Below, piece after piece: positions 1 to 13,758 of a DNA stretch of 64,000 nt. Where the stretch lies: NCBI RefSeq assembly GCF_006345805.1, contig NC_043000.1, forward strand, positions 104,904,001 to 104,968,000. The letters run 5' to 3'. The stretch's first letter is position 1; every line of letters starts with the position of its first letter. The stretch is from Octopus sinensis. Taxonomy: Eukaryota. Below the pieces are notes generated by a model. The model worked only from the letters and a program-made list of their open reading frames with translations. It searched no databases and had not been told where the DNA came from. Position numbers and translations under genes: made by a program.

Positions 1-80
1 GTAGCGGCCAGATACAGACTCTTTCGTGAGTTCGTATATATGCAAATATGTATATAGCCGAGGTAATCAGACGAAAGGAG

Positions 81-207
81 TAATTCCAAATATTTTTTAT
101 AGCAAAGATTCAAAGGCCAAAAATCTCAAATGCATCAGGTGATGGCTATAATTCCAGATATTTTTACAGCAAAGACTCAACGGCTAAAAATCCCAAATGC
201 AATCGGT
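81..207. repeat. Imperfect tandem duplication, period 68 bp
   Basis: taattccaaatattttttatagcaaagattcaaaggccaaaaatctcaaatgca (from 81) recurs as taattccagatatttttacagcaaagactcaacggctaaaaatcccaaatgca (from 149). Confidence 0.7.
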
Positions 208-1411
208 ATATAGACACATTCGAATTTTTCTACAATAATGATGTTGCGGCCATACAAAGTAATATTCTTGATTATATTCAAAAGAAAAACCGTTCAACTG
301 ATCAAGATGTGCGATGTATTGAAAATCCTTTAGGGCCCTCATATGACGAGCTAACTCTGTGTCTTTCTTTTTATTCACACATCGGAAAGAAGACTGGTGG
401 TTTGTGTTTCTTCTTTTAAAACCACCTTCTCATATACCAATGTAACTTTTCCCTTGAGCCCCTTATTTTGAAGTACTGCTATGGCTTCAAATTTATAAAA
501 CACTGATCTAATCAGGCATGCCTAGTGGAGTAAGGTATGTTTCTGGATCTTGACCTTCTCTCCATTGAATTAATTTATACCAACCATATTAACTCTGATT
601 CGAACGGGAAAACGATGCAACTCTCGATTTTCTTTTCTCATTCCACTTTTTGCTTTTTCCTTCCTCTCGTCCTTCATCGTGTTTTCTCAAAGATCAGCAT
701 CATTTCATGTTTGTTCTTTTTTTCAAAAGCCAGCGTGCTTTCTCGTTTATTAAAAAAGACCAGCCATGTTGTATATTTGAGTATGAAAAAATGCTTAGAA
801 ACACAAGGCATGCTATACAAACTTGTCAGTTGATTGCGTTTTTATAGTATGAAACTTATAGTAACTCGAATCTAAATTTTGAGTACAATAAACGATACTT
901 ATCTCTCACTAGATAGAATACTATTTTAGCCGATCCTTCGAGTAACAGAACAGAGAATTACACATACATACACACAATACCTATTATAGATATTGGTTGG
1001 TTGATTCCACGCTTTACATCGTATTGAGAGAAAAAGTAAAAGAGATACAGAGAGAGTTAAGATAAACGGTACAAGATTAGTACACACACGAAGCTTGGTG
1101 ACAGGCAAAGTGTAAAAGAATGCCACACACACAATGAGAAAGAAAAAATCAGAGAAACAGAGGTAAAAGAGGAAAGGCAGTAAACAATAGAGCAATAATT
1201 GGAGGAGTTATAAGAATATTTCCTTATCTAATTCTATTTTAACGTAGTAAATATTTTTCCTTTGAAAATTATTCAAGCACAAAGAATTTGATTAAGGTTA
1301 AAATATAACAATTGTAGGCATGCTATATTTCTTGATAATCTTAGTGGCAAAAATATACTTCCAAAGTAAACCGTCATATGACGGGCAACACTGCACTGTG
1401 TGTGTGTGTGT

Positions 1412-1446
<35 letters not shown>

Positions 1447-1639
1447 ATGTTTGTTTATATATGTGTTTGTGCATGCACGCATATGATAAAATATGTGGCA
1501 AAACTGTTATATATTGACTTAGCTGTGTAATTTCAACTTCGAGAAAAATATAGAAATAATGCGACTACGGTTCTCACTTTAACTATAAACCGCTTTAGAA
1601 ATTGTCGCAGCGAAGAAGATTGATTGACCCCATTTTACA

Positions 1640-1900
1640 CTCAACAGACCCGACATAATGACATAATATTAAATGACAAAGATCATACTACTTTATTGAT
1701 AATTGGTATGGAAATGGAGGCTGATTATAACGTCGCCCAGAAGAGAATAGGAAAGCTAAGGAATTTTACTGAATCAGCTATTGAATTAAAGTTATTATGA
1801 TATGTAACAACTGTGTAGATAATTCCTTTTGTAATTGCTTCAATTGGAATGATACGTAGTCACATTTGTAAAGATATTGGAGAGTTTCTTTTGTCTAGGC
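1640..1900 (+). mobile_element. Old degenerate RLE non-LTR retrotransposon fragment (PD-(D/E)xK endonuclease region)
   Basis: With small indels it reads NRPDIM..ILNDKDHTTLLIIGMEMEADYNVAQKRIGKL..ELKLL..IIPFVIASIGMI. This matches the RPDI...D...P.D.NV..KE.EK..KY...IIP.VIG.LG pattern in the better copies at 9.8 and 13.4 kb. Confidence 0.6.
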
Positions 1901-3469
1901 ACACACATTCTATATTTTAGTGCGTTCCTAAAGGCCATTAAATGTAAGGGACAATTGAATATCTTGAATTTACCAAGACAGTAATGATATCGATTTATTT
2001 CTTAGGTAAAAGATTAATTTTCTAATGAGTTGGATGATAGTCGATTGTATCAAATCCAATATAATACTGGTACTTATCGAATCCATAGGAATGAATGGTG
2101 GTTTTTAATGGAAAACAGTGAAGGACAAAATTAGATACAGTAAGATATTGAAACTAGCCCTTTCTTGTCTCTGCCTATTCCAGACAGTGAGATACGATCT
2201 CAAGAATTCAAACATTCATGCAAAACATTCAAACTAGTGTTTAATGGACAATAATGTTAGGAAGACGATTTTAGCTCTTTAGATAATAAAATAATCATTC
2301 TGAAATTCAAAAAAAGCATGAAAAAAATTTGTAAAGTAGCTAATCAGTATTCAGCCAACGGCTTCAAATAGTGAAGCTGAAATGTTCATGGAAACATAAT
2401 TTCAAAGATCTATAATCTTGATGTTGATTTGATTAAGAAAGCATAAAGAAATTTATATTAAAAGACATTTGCCTAACGGAAAGAAAATGATATAAAAGTG
2501 GAATGGTTTCAATCATACTTTAAATTAAAAGTGGAATGGTTTCTATCATACTTTAAATAAATCTCATAAATATATACGTAGAATACCATGAAAAGTTTTC
2601 ACCGAAATTCTTTCACATTCCATATAAAATCGACTGAACAACCGACTAATCTACAGAATTTTGTTTATATTAGAGATGTTAAAAATTTGTATATCTTTAA
2701 GACGCGAATGCAAGGAAAACTCTCCTACAACCAAGCCAACGATTTATCGTTGTCCGACATCCGAGGCTCTAATATCTATTACCAGAAAAACATAGAATCA
2801 TAGAAGAGTTGAATAAGTTTAATTGACGTGAGATGTATCAAATTTAAGATTTCTGATCTCACTGCATGTCAAAAAGTGAGAAACAAAAGAAAAAGCAATG
2901 TTGTAGCTTGGCAGCTGTTTACTGAATTTAATACCTTCAAAGAAACAAACTGATAAACAATGTTGGTGAGTACATCAGGATTGCAAATGTTATAAACAAT
3001 TAGAGTGAAACAAGTACAAACAACACAACTGTTTATAGGAACAGATTTATATATATATATATCAACACACACAGGTATGTATATACAGAGAATTGTATTC
3101 AATTACACATAAGCATGGGGCATTAGAAACTAATCCGTAATGTTTAATATAAAAGTTTAGAACGGTATGGAGTAATTTGAAGTGCTACCTGCTAAGTAAT
3201 TGAAAGTAGTACTTTGGTTTGTACCAACACCGCAGTATTTACATATACAATTGTTCTATTTTAAAAGCAAAAACAATGTTAAAGGCAAAGTTTGGCTTCC
3301 AGGAGCATTATTTACTATCTTTGTAACTGTTATTGTCATCTTTTGGCATTGATTGCTGATATAGTTCAAGAGTTTAATAATTTATATTATCTCCCCTTTC
3401 AAACTCTAAATGTACCCTATGACAATCAAACTGCCTATGCCTCTCTGTCTTACTAAACACACAAACATA

Positions 3470-3509
<40 letters not shown>

Positions 3510-3796
3510 AGCACGCACACACACGCACACACACGCGCACACACACACACTCACTCACACACACGTATACACACAACCTGTTCGTTTCGTGTAGAATTAG
3601 CAGCCGAAAGCACTCAATAACTCTTATATGTATGTATGAATGTATGTGTCTGTATATATATATGCGTGTGTGTGTGTGTGAGAGAGAGAGTGAGTGTGTG
3701 TGCGTGTGTGTGTGTGGTGGAGATGTGTGTGTGCGTATGTGCCTATATATGTATGTTTATATATATGTATGTATGTAAGTATGTATATGTATATAC

Positions 3797-3840
<44 letters not shown>

Positions 3841-4157
3841 GGATTGACATTTGTCCTTCGTTTATTATTTATTTATATATTATTCACCTATCTCAGAACG
3901 TGCACTACGTATATTCTGAAGTTTGTTACAGACTGTACATTTAGTAAAGTGTATGTGTCTGAATAGTTCAAGAGAGGATTGTATAATCAGCTGAATCTAA
4001 TTTTCTACAAGCACAACAGGAATTTCATTCTGCCGGTACTTATACACCAAGGTAGATATTTACAAATTATTGTTGTGTGGGTATATTATTCCGACTGAAC
4101 TAAGTGCACCAACTTAACTGCCTTATTGAACAGAATCTTATATATATTCTGTATATA

Positions 4158-4389
4158 CAGGACTGGCCAAAATTCACTTAACAGTAAATGAAAACCATTT
4201 AATTCCAAGATCTAGTTATGTTTAACAACTGAATGCATTTAATAAAAATATCTAAATAAGAAACATCATGAAAATTGCTCAATTTGAAGTACTTCTTGAG
4301 TGAAACATTTTCCTATTCGACTCAATACAAAATTACTGATAGTATTTGTGGAATTTAGATTTACTATCGTTGACTTTTGGCCAACCTTG
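4158..4389. mobile_element. Tc1/mariner-type MITE
   Basis: Left TA|caggactggccaaaattcacttaacagta; right end reverse-complemented caaggttggccaaaagtcaacgatagta. TA on the left; the right flank is a TG microsatellite. Confidence 0.6.
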
Positions 4390-4523
4390 TGTGTGTACAT
4401 ATAATATATACATATATATGTGTGTGTGTGTGAATGTGTGTGTGTTTGCGTGCGTTTGCGAGTGTGTGCGTGCGTGTGTGTGCGTATGTGTGTGTGTGTA
4501 TACATACGGACGATATTATATAC

Positions 4524-4569
<46 letters not shown>

Positions 4570-4812
4570 GTTGTGTGTGTGTATTTATGTATGTATACCT
4601 GTGTATATAGTATTATGTGTTGCGTTTGTGTGAGTTTGTGTATGTGCCTGTGTGTGTGCAGGGTGGGGATCTGAAATCTTGAATGAGTCGCGAGTAACAG
4701 TCGTGTCACAAAATGTGTCACGGATATTTTAAACCTAGCGGGGTTCATCTCTCGCCAGGTCTGAATAAAGCTGATCTCTTCTACAGGGAAAGTCTAAGGG
4801 AAAGAAGGAAAA

Positions 4813-4866
<54 letters not shown>

Positions 4867-5215
4867 AGTGAAAGAAGGGAGAAGAGATGGAGAAGGGAAA
4901 TCGAAGGACAGAAAAGGAGAGATTGAAAGTGAAAGAGGGAGAGACGCAGATGAGAAGCGAAATCTCTTTAATACTTATACACTCCGAAAGGACGATATGC
5001 AAATTTGACTTCTGTGGAATATGAACTCAGAGGAAAGAGAGCGTTTATTATAATCACAAACAATATTGTTAAGTGGATCTCAATCTCCATATTCACAATG
5101 AATTGAAAGTATATTTACTGATTACAATCAAATGTTTATATATTATATCCATCCTCCTCTTACGTTTACAGACGGTTATTGTTATCGAAAATGCTTCCAC
5201 TGAAAGTAATCAATA

Positions 5216-6280
5216 TCTATAAAGCTGAAATGCGAAAAAGGTTGATTTCTTGGTTATTTGTCTCATTTTGGGATGGTTTAAGGGGCGGTAGATGGGGTCG
5301 GATTGGCGCCAAAATTTACACTGGGAGGTAAAATGGGGTGGGCAATGGTGTAAGAAGGGTTGCAAGTCGCTCGGGGCTACCGTTTGGTTGCCATGATGAG
5401 GAATATGGGGAAAATTGAGTTTTATGGGATAGACAGGTTGCACTGTTTGAATAATGGTGGCTTTTTGTATTGCTGCAGGAGCTAGAGGCGGTTATCTTTA
5501 ATTGTGGGTGTAAAACTTTGGGGGATTTTGGAAAGTGGGGTAAAATTTTTCAACTTTTAAAAAGAGTACATTTTTGCCCTATTTTTAGATTTAATTTTTT
5601 TCTGTTTACATTATCTGGTTGACATGGATAAAAATGGCATTGTGTTAAAGGCCAAAATTTTAGCTTTCATTTGCATCATGAACCGTCAAAATATACCAGA
5701 AAAAAGTATCAAATTTCACAAAATTTTAAGTAATTTTGAATTTTTTTGTGATTTTATGTGCACGCGTAAAAGTGCAATTATTTTGTCGACTTGGCCGCGG
5801 CTAAGCTTGCTTGGGTTATCCATTTTTTTCTCCAATCAATCGTTCCATATTTTTCTACTAATTTGTATTCTGAACTTTTTATGATATTTAATATGTAGTT
5901 AGAATAGATTTTTATAATTAAAACCTATTTTGATGTCTTCCTGACTCAATTGTTTGGGGGTTGAAGATAAGGCTACATAAGGCTTCTTTCTAATCACGAG
6001 TACACGTGGGTCTTTTGGGGGTGTTCATTAGCGTCGCGCAGCAGGAAGCGATGCGATGCCATCAGCTATGGAGATGATGAGAAGGAGAAAGGAAAGAGTG
6101 GAAAAAGAGAAAGAAGAGAAAGACGAAGAAAACATTTTTTAAATAAGAAAAAGAAAAGAAGAGGGCAATAAAAAGAACCATGCAAAGAAGACGGACAAAA
6201 GAAGAAAGGGAAAAGGAGACAACACGCACAAAACAACACCACCACCAAAACCCGAGCGAAGCACGGGTCAAAATAGTTAG
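5216..6280 (+). mobile_element. Putative non-autonomous Helitron
   Basis: Starts A|TCTATAAAGCTGAAAT. Ends with hairpin acccgagcgaagcacgggt followed by caaaatagTTAG|T (CTAG variant). The 3' end is convincing; the 5' end is inferred. Confidence 0.5.
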
Positions 6281-7171
6281 TCTCTATATAAATTTCAAAT
6301 CATTTACACGCAGATATGCAACTGCTAAATAAACTTCTTTATGAGGCTGTATAATGAGGTTATATCAGTTCTATATAAGATACAACACGTCAAGTAGTTA
6401 TTTAGTTTTGTTATTAGTGATTGGGTATTAGCAGGAATGGGTTTTTAGCTATGACTTTTGTTGTCCCTCTGAAACTGGTGAGGTACTTGAAGAGAGTAGT
6501 AGGATCAACTGTTGGGTATCCACGGACAGCTTCGATATTAGACATTACATGACTTGGTAGCTGAGTAGCTAACGTTATGAAATTACGTCTGAAGTATATA
6601 ACGTTATGAAATGACATTTCAAGTTTAGTACAAAGTACTTGTGAGGGAATACATTTGCAAACGATCAAAGATGAGCTTAGGAGTCTGATATCTTGCAGTC
6701 TTATTCGCTGCTCATCTCAGATATTTAGACATTTGTGTGTCAAAGTTTTATATTCGGTTTAGTTGATCAATATATGATAATATATCCACTGGAATACTGT
6801 CTAAAAGTTGGCAAAAACCTCCACCAAGACCAGGTCACTAAGACCGTACCTTGAGAGATACAGTTCGGTATCATAGCAACTAATGAACGACAAAGACAGT
6901 GCATAGCTGTAAATAGATATAAATACTATTACAATGAAGGAATTTGATTAACTAATTAAATACATAGGCTTGGAAATTGAGATTTCTAAGTCATGTTATA
7001 TGAAATAAACACGTCTGTCAGTAGCAATTGGTGCAGTTAGCTTTGACATGAGACAGGTAATGATTAATTTGAAATATGTCACCTGCCCCAGATGCCTGGA
7101 TAAGAACATGGCGTCAGGTATATACAGCAATCAGTTTAAGCAAATAAAAGTATAATGATAACAATGGTGGT

Positions 7172-7707
<536 letters not shown>

Positions 7708-7829
7708 AATAATAATAATAACAATTATAATATTAATGATAATAACTCATTCTAATTTTGGCGCAAAGTCAGCAATTTTGAAGAGAGAGGAAGTCAATTA
7801 CATCGGCCCCAGTACTTGACTGGTAGAAA

Positions 7830-9530
7830 CAGAAAGAAGAAAATCAGAAAGAAACTGACATTAATATATGATATGTGCCACTTATTTCGCTCTCATGGTG
7901 GTAAATAATCTATACATGGCTGTAGGAAAAGTAGTAGCAAAAGAAGTTAGTAATAAAGTAGGCAAACAAAACGAACTGACAAATACTTTGGAGGAAAAGA
8001 CGAACTGAGAAAAAAATCATCAATAGCTTGAAACGAGAAGTGATTTAATTACGGCTCCTACAAGAAGGTGGAGTAAAGGAAAGAAAGGGTCATTAAAACA
8101 CAGAAAGAAAATACAAAGTGACGAAGGAAAAGAGAGGGATAAATGTAATAATAAAAGAATAAAATGATGTAAGAATAGAGCAACAGGCATAATGACCCAC
8201 CCGAGGTACAGCAGAATAGAATAGCCCTTTCAGCTAAACCCGTTGTTTCAAAATAATTAGAAGAGATTGTTGTCTCAAAAATGGAAGGTAATAGAAACAT
8301 AACGATGAAATTATAAACGCAGAGAAAATAAGAAAGTTTTTGGAGTGATATATGGAACGAGAAAGATACCCATAAAGAGGAGGAAGGGTACATAAAAGAA
8401 GTAGACAACAAACTAAGAAGAGTAAAACAATAAATCGACGTAATAATCACCCCGGAGCTCATTGCAAAACAAACTTACAAAACACCTAATGGGGAGGCCC
8501 CTGAGCCAGACGGTCTTCAAGGTTTGTAGCTAAAGAACTTTAATACACCCTGGCAAGTAGTGACTAAGTTATTAAATTACTGTCTCCAGAGTGGAAGTAT
8601 CCCAAAAGAATCCTTATTATGAAAGGTTAACAGAAAGGTGTTGAGACCTCAAACTATGGACCAATAACTTGACTGTCCTTACGATGGAAACTGTTAACGA
8701 GTCTGTTCGCGAATAGGACCTATGCACACTTTTAGGAACACCATTTAGTCCCTGATAAACGTAAAAGTGCTCGGAGAAATTCAAGAGAGACAATAGACCA
8801 ACTGTTAGTTGACAAGATGATTGTAAGAAACTGCAAGAGAGCACAAACTTTATTAGCAATGGAGTGCATCGCCTACAAAAAAGAAAAAGTATCATGACAC
8901 TCAGTATGCTCAAAATAGCATTGCACATCAGTGAACTGAAACGAGTAACCATAGGGAACTGGGAAACGGAATTAACAATAGGAGGAGACCTATTTCGAAA
9001 AGTTAAAATAGATCGGTACAACTTTCAAGGTGGTAGCCTATCACTTCTACTGTTTTTCATTGCTCTTATTCCATTGTCCACAAATCGGAGTGAAGTAAAA
9101 GCTGGCTATAGATAGGAAATGACCAAGAGATAATTAAAAACTTGTTATTCATGGATGAGCTAAAGTTATACGGCAAGAGTTGGATACACTTGTTAATACT
9201 GTGAATGGGTTTAGCAATAACATCAGAATGGAATTTGATATTTCGAAGCATGGAGTCCTTGTTATGTAAGAAAGAAAATGCCATAAAAGTGACGGAATAA
9301 ATCTATCAAAACAGGGAAGAGAAGTGACGGCAGATTGATTAAGATGATGGATGTAAATATCTGAGAGTCTCGGAATCTGATATATAAGAGTAGAAAAAAT
9401 AAAAGCAAAATCAGGAAGGAGCATTTCAGAAGAGTATGAAGAATAAAAAAAACTAAAACCCAATGATATAAAGACCGCTATATTCATCATCAGTACAGCA
9501 CCAGAATAATCAGAGGGGTATAGGAAGACC
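7830..9530 (+). mobile_element. Degenerate RLE LINE ORF (pre-RT and RT domains), R4/Dong-like
   Basis: Motifs seen across frameshifts and stops: QLNPLFQNN*KRL, FWSDIWN, PNGEAPEPDGLQG, NFQGGSLSLLLFFIALIPLS (GIFQGDSLSPL motif) and NLLFMDELKLYGK (catalytic xxDD degenerate). Confidence 0.85.
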
Positions 9531-9548
9531 TTGAGAACGTAAATAGGA

Positions 9549-9712
9549 TGCTGGCCAAAGTATTTAGCAGCATTTCGTTTGTTTTTACGTTCTGAGGTCG
9601 ACTTTGTCTTTCATCCTTTCAGGGTCAATGAATTAAGTACCTGTGAAACACTAGGATCAATGTAATCGACTAGTCCCCTTCCCCCAAAATTTCAGGCTTT
9701 AGTAGAAAGGAT
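9549..9712 (+). mobile_element. SINE family A copy (5' truncated)
   Basis: gaggtcgactttgtctttcatcctttcagggtcaat...gtaatcgactagtcccc core shared with many other copies in the window. Confidence 0.8.
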
Positions 9713-9743
9713 TATTATTATTATTATTATTATATTATTATTA

Positions 9744-9774
<31 letters not shown>

Positions 9775-9776
9775 TT

Positions 9777-10034
9777 TGACTTTTGCTGGAGTATTCGAGC
9801 GGTTCCAAGCAGTGCTGTTTTCTGCAAGTGATCTACACTTATTGCAGCCCCTATTTGTTCCACGTACTTCTCGAGATTTTTACTCAATGCTCCCAGGGCT
9901 CCGACAATTATTGGTACTACTGCCACCTTTTTCATCGACCACAACTGCTTAAGTTCCCAAGCTAACCTGTCATTTCTCTCGGCTTTTTTTCCTTCCTTAT
10001 CGCATACCTTGTTGTCAGCTGGGCATGTTGACAA

Positions 10035-10036
<2 letters not shown>
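9777..10036 (-). mobile_element. RLE LINE endonuclease C-terminal fragment between two AAT tracts
   Basis: ORF track: CPADNKVCDKEGKKAERNDRLAWELKQLWSMKKVAVVPIIVGALGALSKNLEKYVEQIGAAISVDHLQKTALLGTARIL. Flanked by (ATT)n at 9712-9776 and 10037-10105. Confidence 0.85.
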
Positions 10037-10097
<61 letters not shown>

Positions 10098-11444
10098 CAT
10101 CATTATTGGAGTTGCCTTTGACAGACACGTCTTTTACAAACATGTTTAACTTTTCAAATGGGATGCTGTTTTTATGCAATGTTTGTGTAGATCAATTACA
10201 TAAAAAGGTGACGTGTCTTGTGTTTTTTCTTGCCGTTTAGGATTTAGGGCAGAAAGACTTTAGTGCTGTATATAATGTTGTGAGCCCTGGTATGTCTCGA
10301 ATATTTTTGCAACTCTTTGTTCCTTTTTCATATCTATTATATTTTGAAGCAATCGATATTTTTTTTTTTTTTTGCTGTCAGACAATTGTTTGTGTACAGA
10401 ACATTCATAAGGCAACTGTATAAAAAGACCCCAACAAAAGTGGTATCGACATTTTAACCTTGCTTAAAAAATACAGAAAAACTAATAGCTTAAAAGTAGA
10501 TGACAGTTCTTCACGCAGATATATTTACAAAAAAAATTCAAATATTAAAAAATACATTTCGTGGTAACAAAAATTTTAATCAGAGCTATTCTAGCGTGGC
10601 CAGAATAGTACAGTAAAAAAATCACTGTATTTATGTTGTTTTAGGGAAAAAGTGACTGAGTTATATTGCAAGGTACAGTGTCTGCTCGTAAATAAATCGA
10701 GAAACTTTCAAAGAAGAGATTAACATCAGAAATACTGACCGCTACAAATACGGAAATTAATTTTAGGTAGATGTATCCTAGTAGGTTTGAAAAGAGAAAA
10801 TATAAACAACAAACAACGGGGGCTGCTCCTAAAAGGGAACACAGTATAGGTAATAGTGGGCGCAACTCCCAAAGGAAAAAAATCTCATTTCCAGGAAGCA
10901 GCCAGGAAACCCCAAAACTCCTCCCAGTCACGATCAGCGGTGAGAACAAGAAGGAAATAAAAAGAGAGAGTGACCAACAGCAAGAACAACAACAGCGTGA
11001 AGCTAATTACAAATAAAACCTCTCCGTAGCCGTACAACCCTTTCATTGTGAAAATGGCGACTGGACGGAGGTCAGAGATGAGCGGCAGAATTGCACAAAA
11101 AGGCGAGTGAATGGCTTTGCCCTGGTCATACGTCTGTAGTATGGAAATGAAAACAGACACCTTCCCCAAAAGTCAGGGTACCCATGGTTTTTATGGAGTT
11201 TTTCCATGAACATCCCTCAAATGTTTCCTCCTTATTGAAGATTACACACTGTTTATTTACTTATTTATTGCGTTTGTTTTTATTTCAAATTTTGTTAGTC
11301 TTGCTTACGCGCAAAACCCTCACAAGAACCCACACTCACACACATACACACACACATTTTTGTTTTGTCCTGAACTGTCGATAATGTTTTTCTGAATGTG
11401 AACCCTTCTAGTTAATAAAGAAATCATTATTATTATTATTATCA

Positions 11445-11502
<58 letters not shown>

Positions 11503-11504
11503 TT

Positions 11505-11620
11505 TTTTTTTCTTCTTTCAAATTTTCTTCCATTTCTTGCCGAGTGTCTTCCCGACTCCTAGGGCAAAGAAACTCATAGTATATATTGGTAGGCCATTAA
11601 ACCAAACTCAGTAGTTCGTT
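11505..11620 (-). mobile_element. RLE LINE 3' UTR end fragment
   Basis: ttcaaattttcttccatttcttgccgagtgtcttcccgactcctagggcaaaga matches 12215-12270; abuts (ATT)n. Confidence 0.65.
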
Positions 11621-11644
11621 CATTTTTTTTTTTTTTTTTTTTTT

Positions 11645-12155
11645 TTGGTGGTGATTATACCACTTGTCGGCAGTTTTGATATTGTAATGCCGACTTATTA
11701 GCCAGTGGAGATATTGGCCAACTCTGTCATGTCTTAATTTATACTCCACTGGTGCTAAAACTTTACATCCAGAGATTAGGTGGTCCACTGTTTCAATCAT
11801 GTCGTTGCAGAATCGGCATTTTGGGTCTGCTCCATTTTTCATCACATTGGCCTGGTAGTTCCGGGTTAATAGGCTTTGGTCTTGAGCAGCCAGGATGAAA
11901 CCTTCGCTCTCTGCTTTTAGCCCTGAGCTCCGCAGCCACTGATGGGTTTGCTTCTGGTCAACATCAGCTTGTTTGCTGCGGGTCACATATTTGCCGTGCA
12001 GAGGTTTCTCCTCCCACCTATCAGCCAATTGCTCGTGCGCTTTTTTCATTGCCATCATTTTCACCTTCTTTGCAACAATAGTTGCCGTACTTCCCTCGGG
12101 TTGTTCAGTTTGGGTATCCTGCACGAGATCAATAGCAAATTTTTTGCTTTCCTTG
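11645..12155 (-). mobile_element. RLE LINE post-RT fragment with CCHC zinc knuckle
   Basis: ORF 11597-12124: WEEKPLHGKY...QWLRSSGLKAESEGFILAAQDQSLLTRNY...PKCRFCNDMIETVDHLISGCKVLAPVEYKLRHDRVGQYLHW, open for about 165 codons. Confidence 0.9.
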
Positions 12156-12158
12156 ATG

Positions 12159-12201
<43 letters not shown>

Positions 12202-12207
12202 TATTAT

Positions 12208-12612
12208 TATTTCTCCTTCAAATTTTCTTCCATTTCTCGCCGAGTGTTTTCCGTACACCTAGGGCAGAGAAGCTCATTGTATGCATTCCCAGATTACACA
12301 CGCAAATTTACAGGTAAAATATGTATTTAAAAAAAGATAAATAAATTCATGAATGGATGTTGTCTCCTCAGTACATGAGTCATTCCACTTAACACGGTTT
12401 TTTGCACTTCCTGTAGGATTAGTAAGCCTGGTATCATTTTTAAATAGGTTTCAATACCTTTTTTATCATTCCTAGAGATCGTACAATCATTGGTACTGTA
12501 GTTGCCTTGAGATGCTACGTTTTTCTTTTCAATTTCTATTAGCAAGTCTTTATATTTACTGATCTTGTCAAATTCTCTCGCCGCTATATTGTGATCGCAA
12601 GGAATACTCATG
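12208..12612 (-). mobile_element. 5'-truncated RLE LINE 3' end (endonuclease plus 3' UTR)
   Basis: DMSIPCDHNIAAREFDKISKYKDLLIEIEK...LQEVQKTVLSGMTHVLRR, then a UTR ending in (AAT)n on the element strand. Confidence 0.8.
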
Positions 12613-12614
12613 TC

Positions 12615-12715
<101 letters not shown>

Positions 12716-12718
12716 GAA

Positions 12719-12759
<41 letters not shown>

Positions 12760-12760
12760 A

Positions 12761-13228
12761 ATGCCCTGATGCAGTACCAGACAGCGGCTCTCATGGCTTC
12801 TGATCTTAACTGATTGAAAGTGTTATCATGTACATTGTTTTGTCTTGGTATAAAAGATGGGCTACAGCAAATATTCTGCTCAATACCACAGATTTGCTTG
12901 TCAGTTGCTTGACCATAACCAGTTGAGCATGTCCCTTAGTGGCTGATGATATGTGCATCTCTGATCATGAGCAGAAGTAGTGGGAGAGCATCATAGCCAT
13001 GTGTTGAGAGGGATTCTTTGGGGTTTGAGTAATTCACCTCTGGAATCATGGGTGGTTCGTTCAACATCCTTAAACAACCCTTATTCAGGGACCTTTTGAG
13101 CGGGATAGGTTACTCGACAAGAAGAAAATTCCAACTGGGTCCCACCTGCAAGTAGTCATGATGGGTATGCTGGGCTTCGTATATTTTACCCCAGTGTCAC
13201 TTTGATGGCATGCACTGCTCTCTCACTC
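12761..13228 (+). mobile_element. Non-coding AAT-tailed repeat (copy 2; longer 5' part, internal deletion)
   Basis: Matches 7368-7707 but lacks copy-1 positions 7543-7630. Preceded by (AAT)n(AAG)n and followed by (AAT)n. Confidence 0.6.
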
Positions 13229-13324
13229 AATAATAATAATAATAATAATAATAAATAATAATAATAATAATAATAATAATAAGAAGAAGAAGAAGAAGAA
13301 GAAGAAGAAAAAAAAATGAAGAAA

Positions 13325-13702
13325 AAAAATGCTTTCTAATTGATGTATCAATACCGGCAGATGACAACGTGTCTCTAAAAGAAATGGAGAAACTCTCAAA
13401 ATACAAAGACCTGGAAATAGAGGTAACTAGAATGTGGAACCTGAAAACAGAAACAATTCCTATCATAGTAGGTGCATTAAGCATGATAAAAAAATATTCA
13501 GATAAATACATAACAAAAACACCAGGACTTACAAACACATATAACATACAGAAAATTGCACTACTAGGCACTGCACACATCCTACGCAGAACACTTTCCA
13601 TACAATAACCATCAGAGCATCACAACAAATCACAGTACATACCCAAGGCACACAGAGCTGCGCTCGGTAGTGAAGTGAAAGCACGCTATAAAAATAAAAC
13701 TA

Positions 13703-13705
<3 letters not shown>
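13325..13705 (+). mobile_element. 5'-truncated RLE LINE 3' end
   Basis: KCFLIDVSIPADDNVSLKEMEKLSKYKDLEIEVTRMWNLKTETIPIIVGALSMIKKY...NIQKIALLGTAHILRRTLSIQ*, then about 100 bp UTR, then (AAT)n. Confidence 0.9.

Positions 13706-13758
<53 letters not shown>

Noticed and set aside
6414-6668. 84-aa non-repetitive minus-strand ORF
   Set aside because: No recognisable motif and a non-ATG start; the length is within chance expectation.
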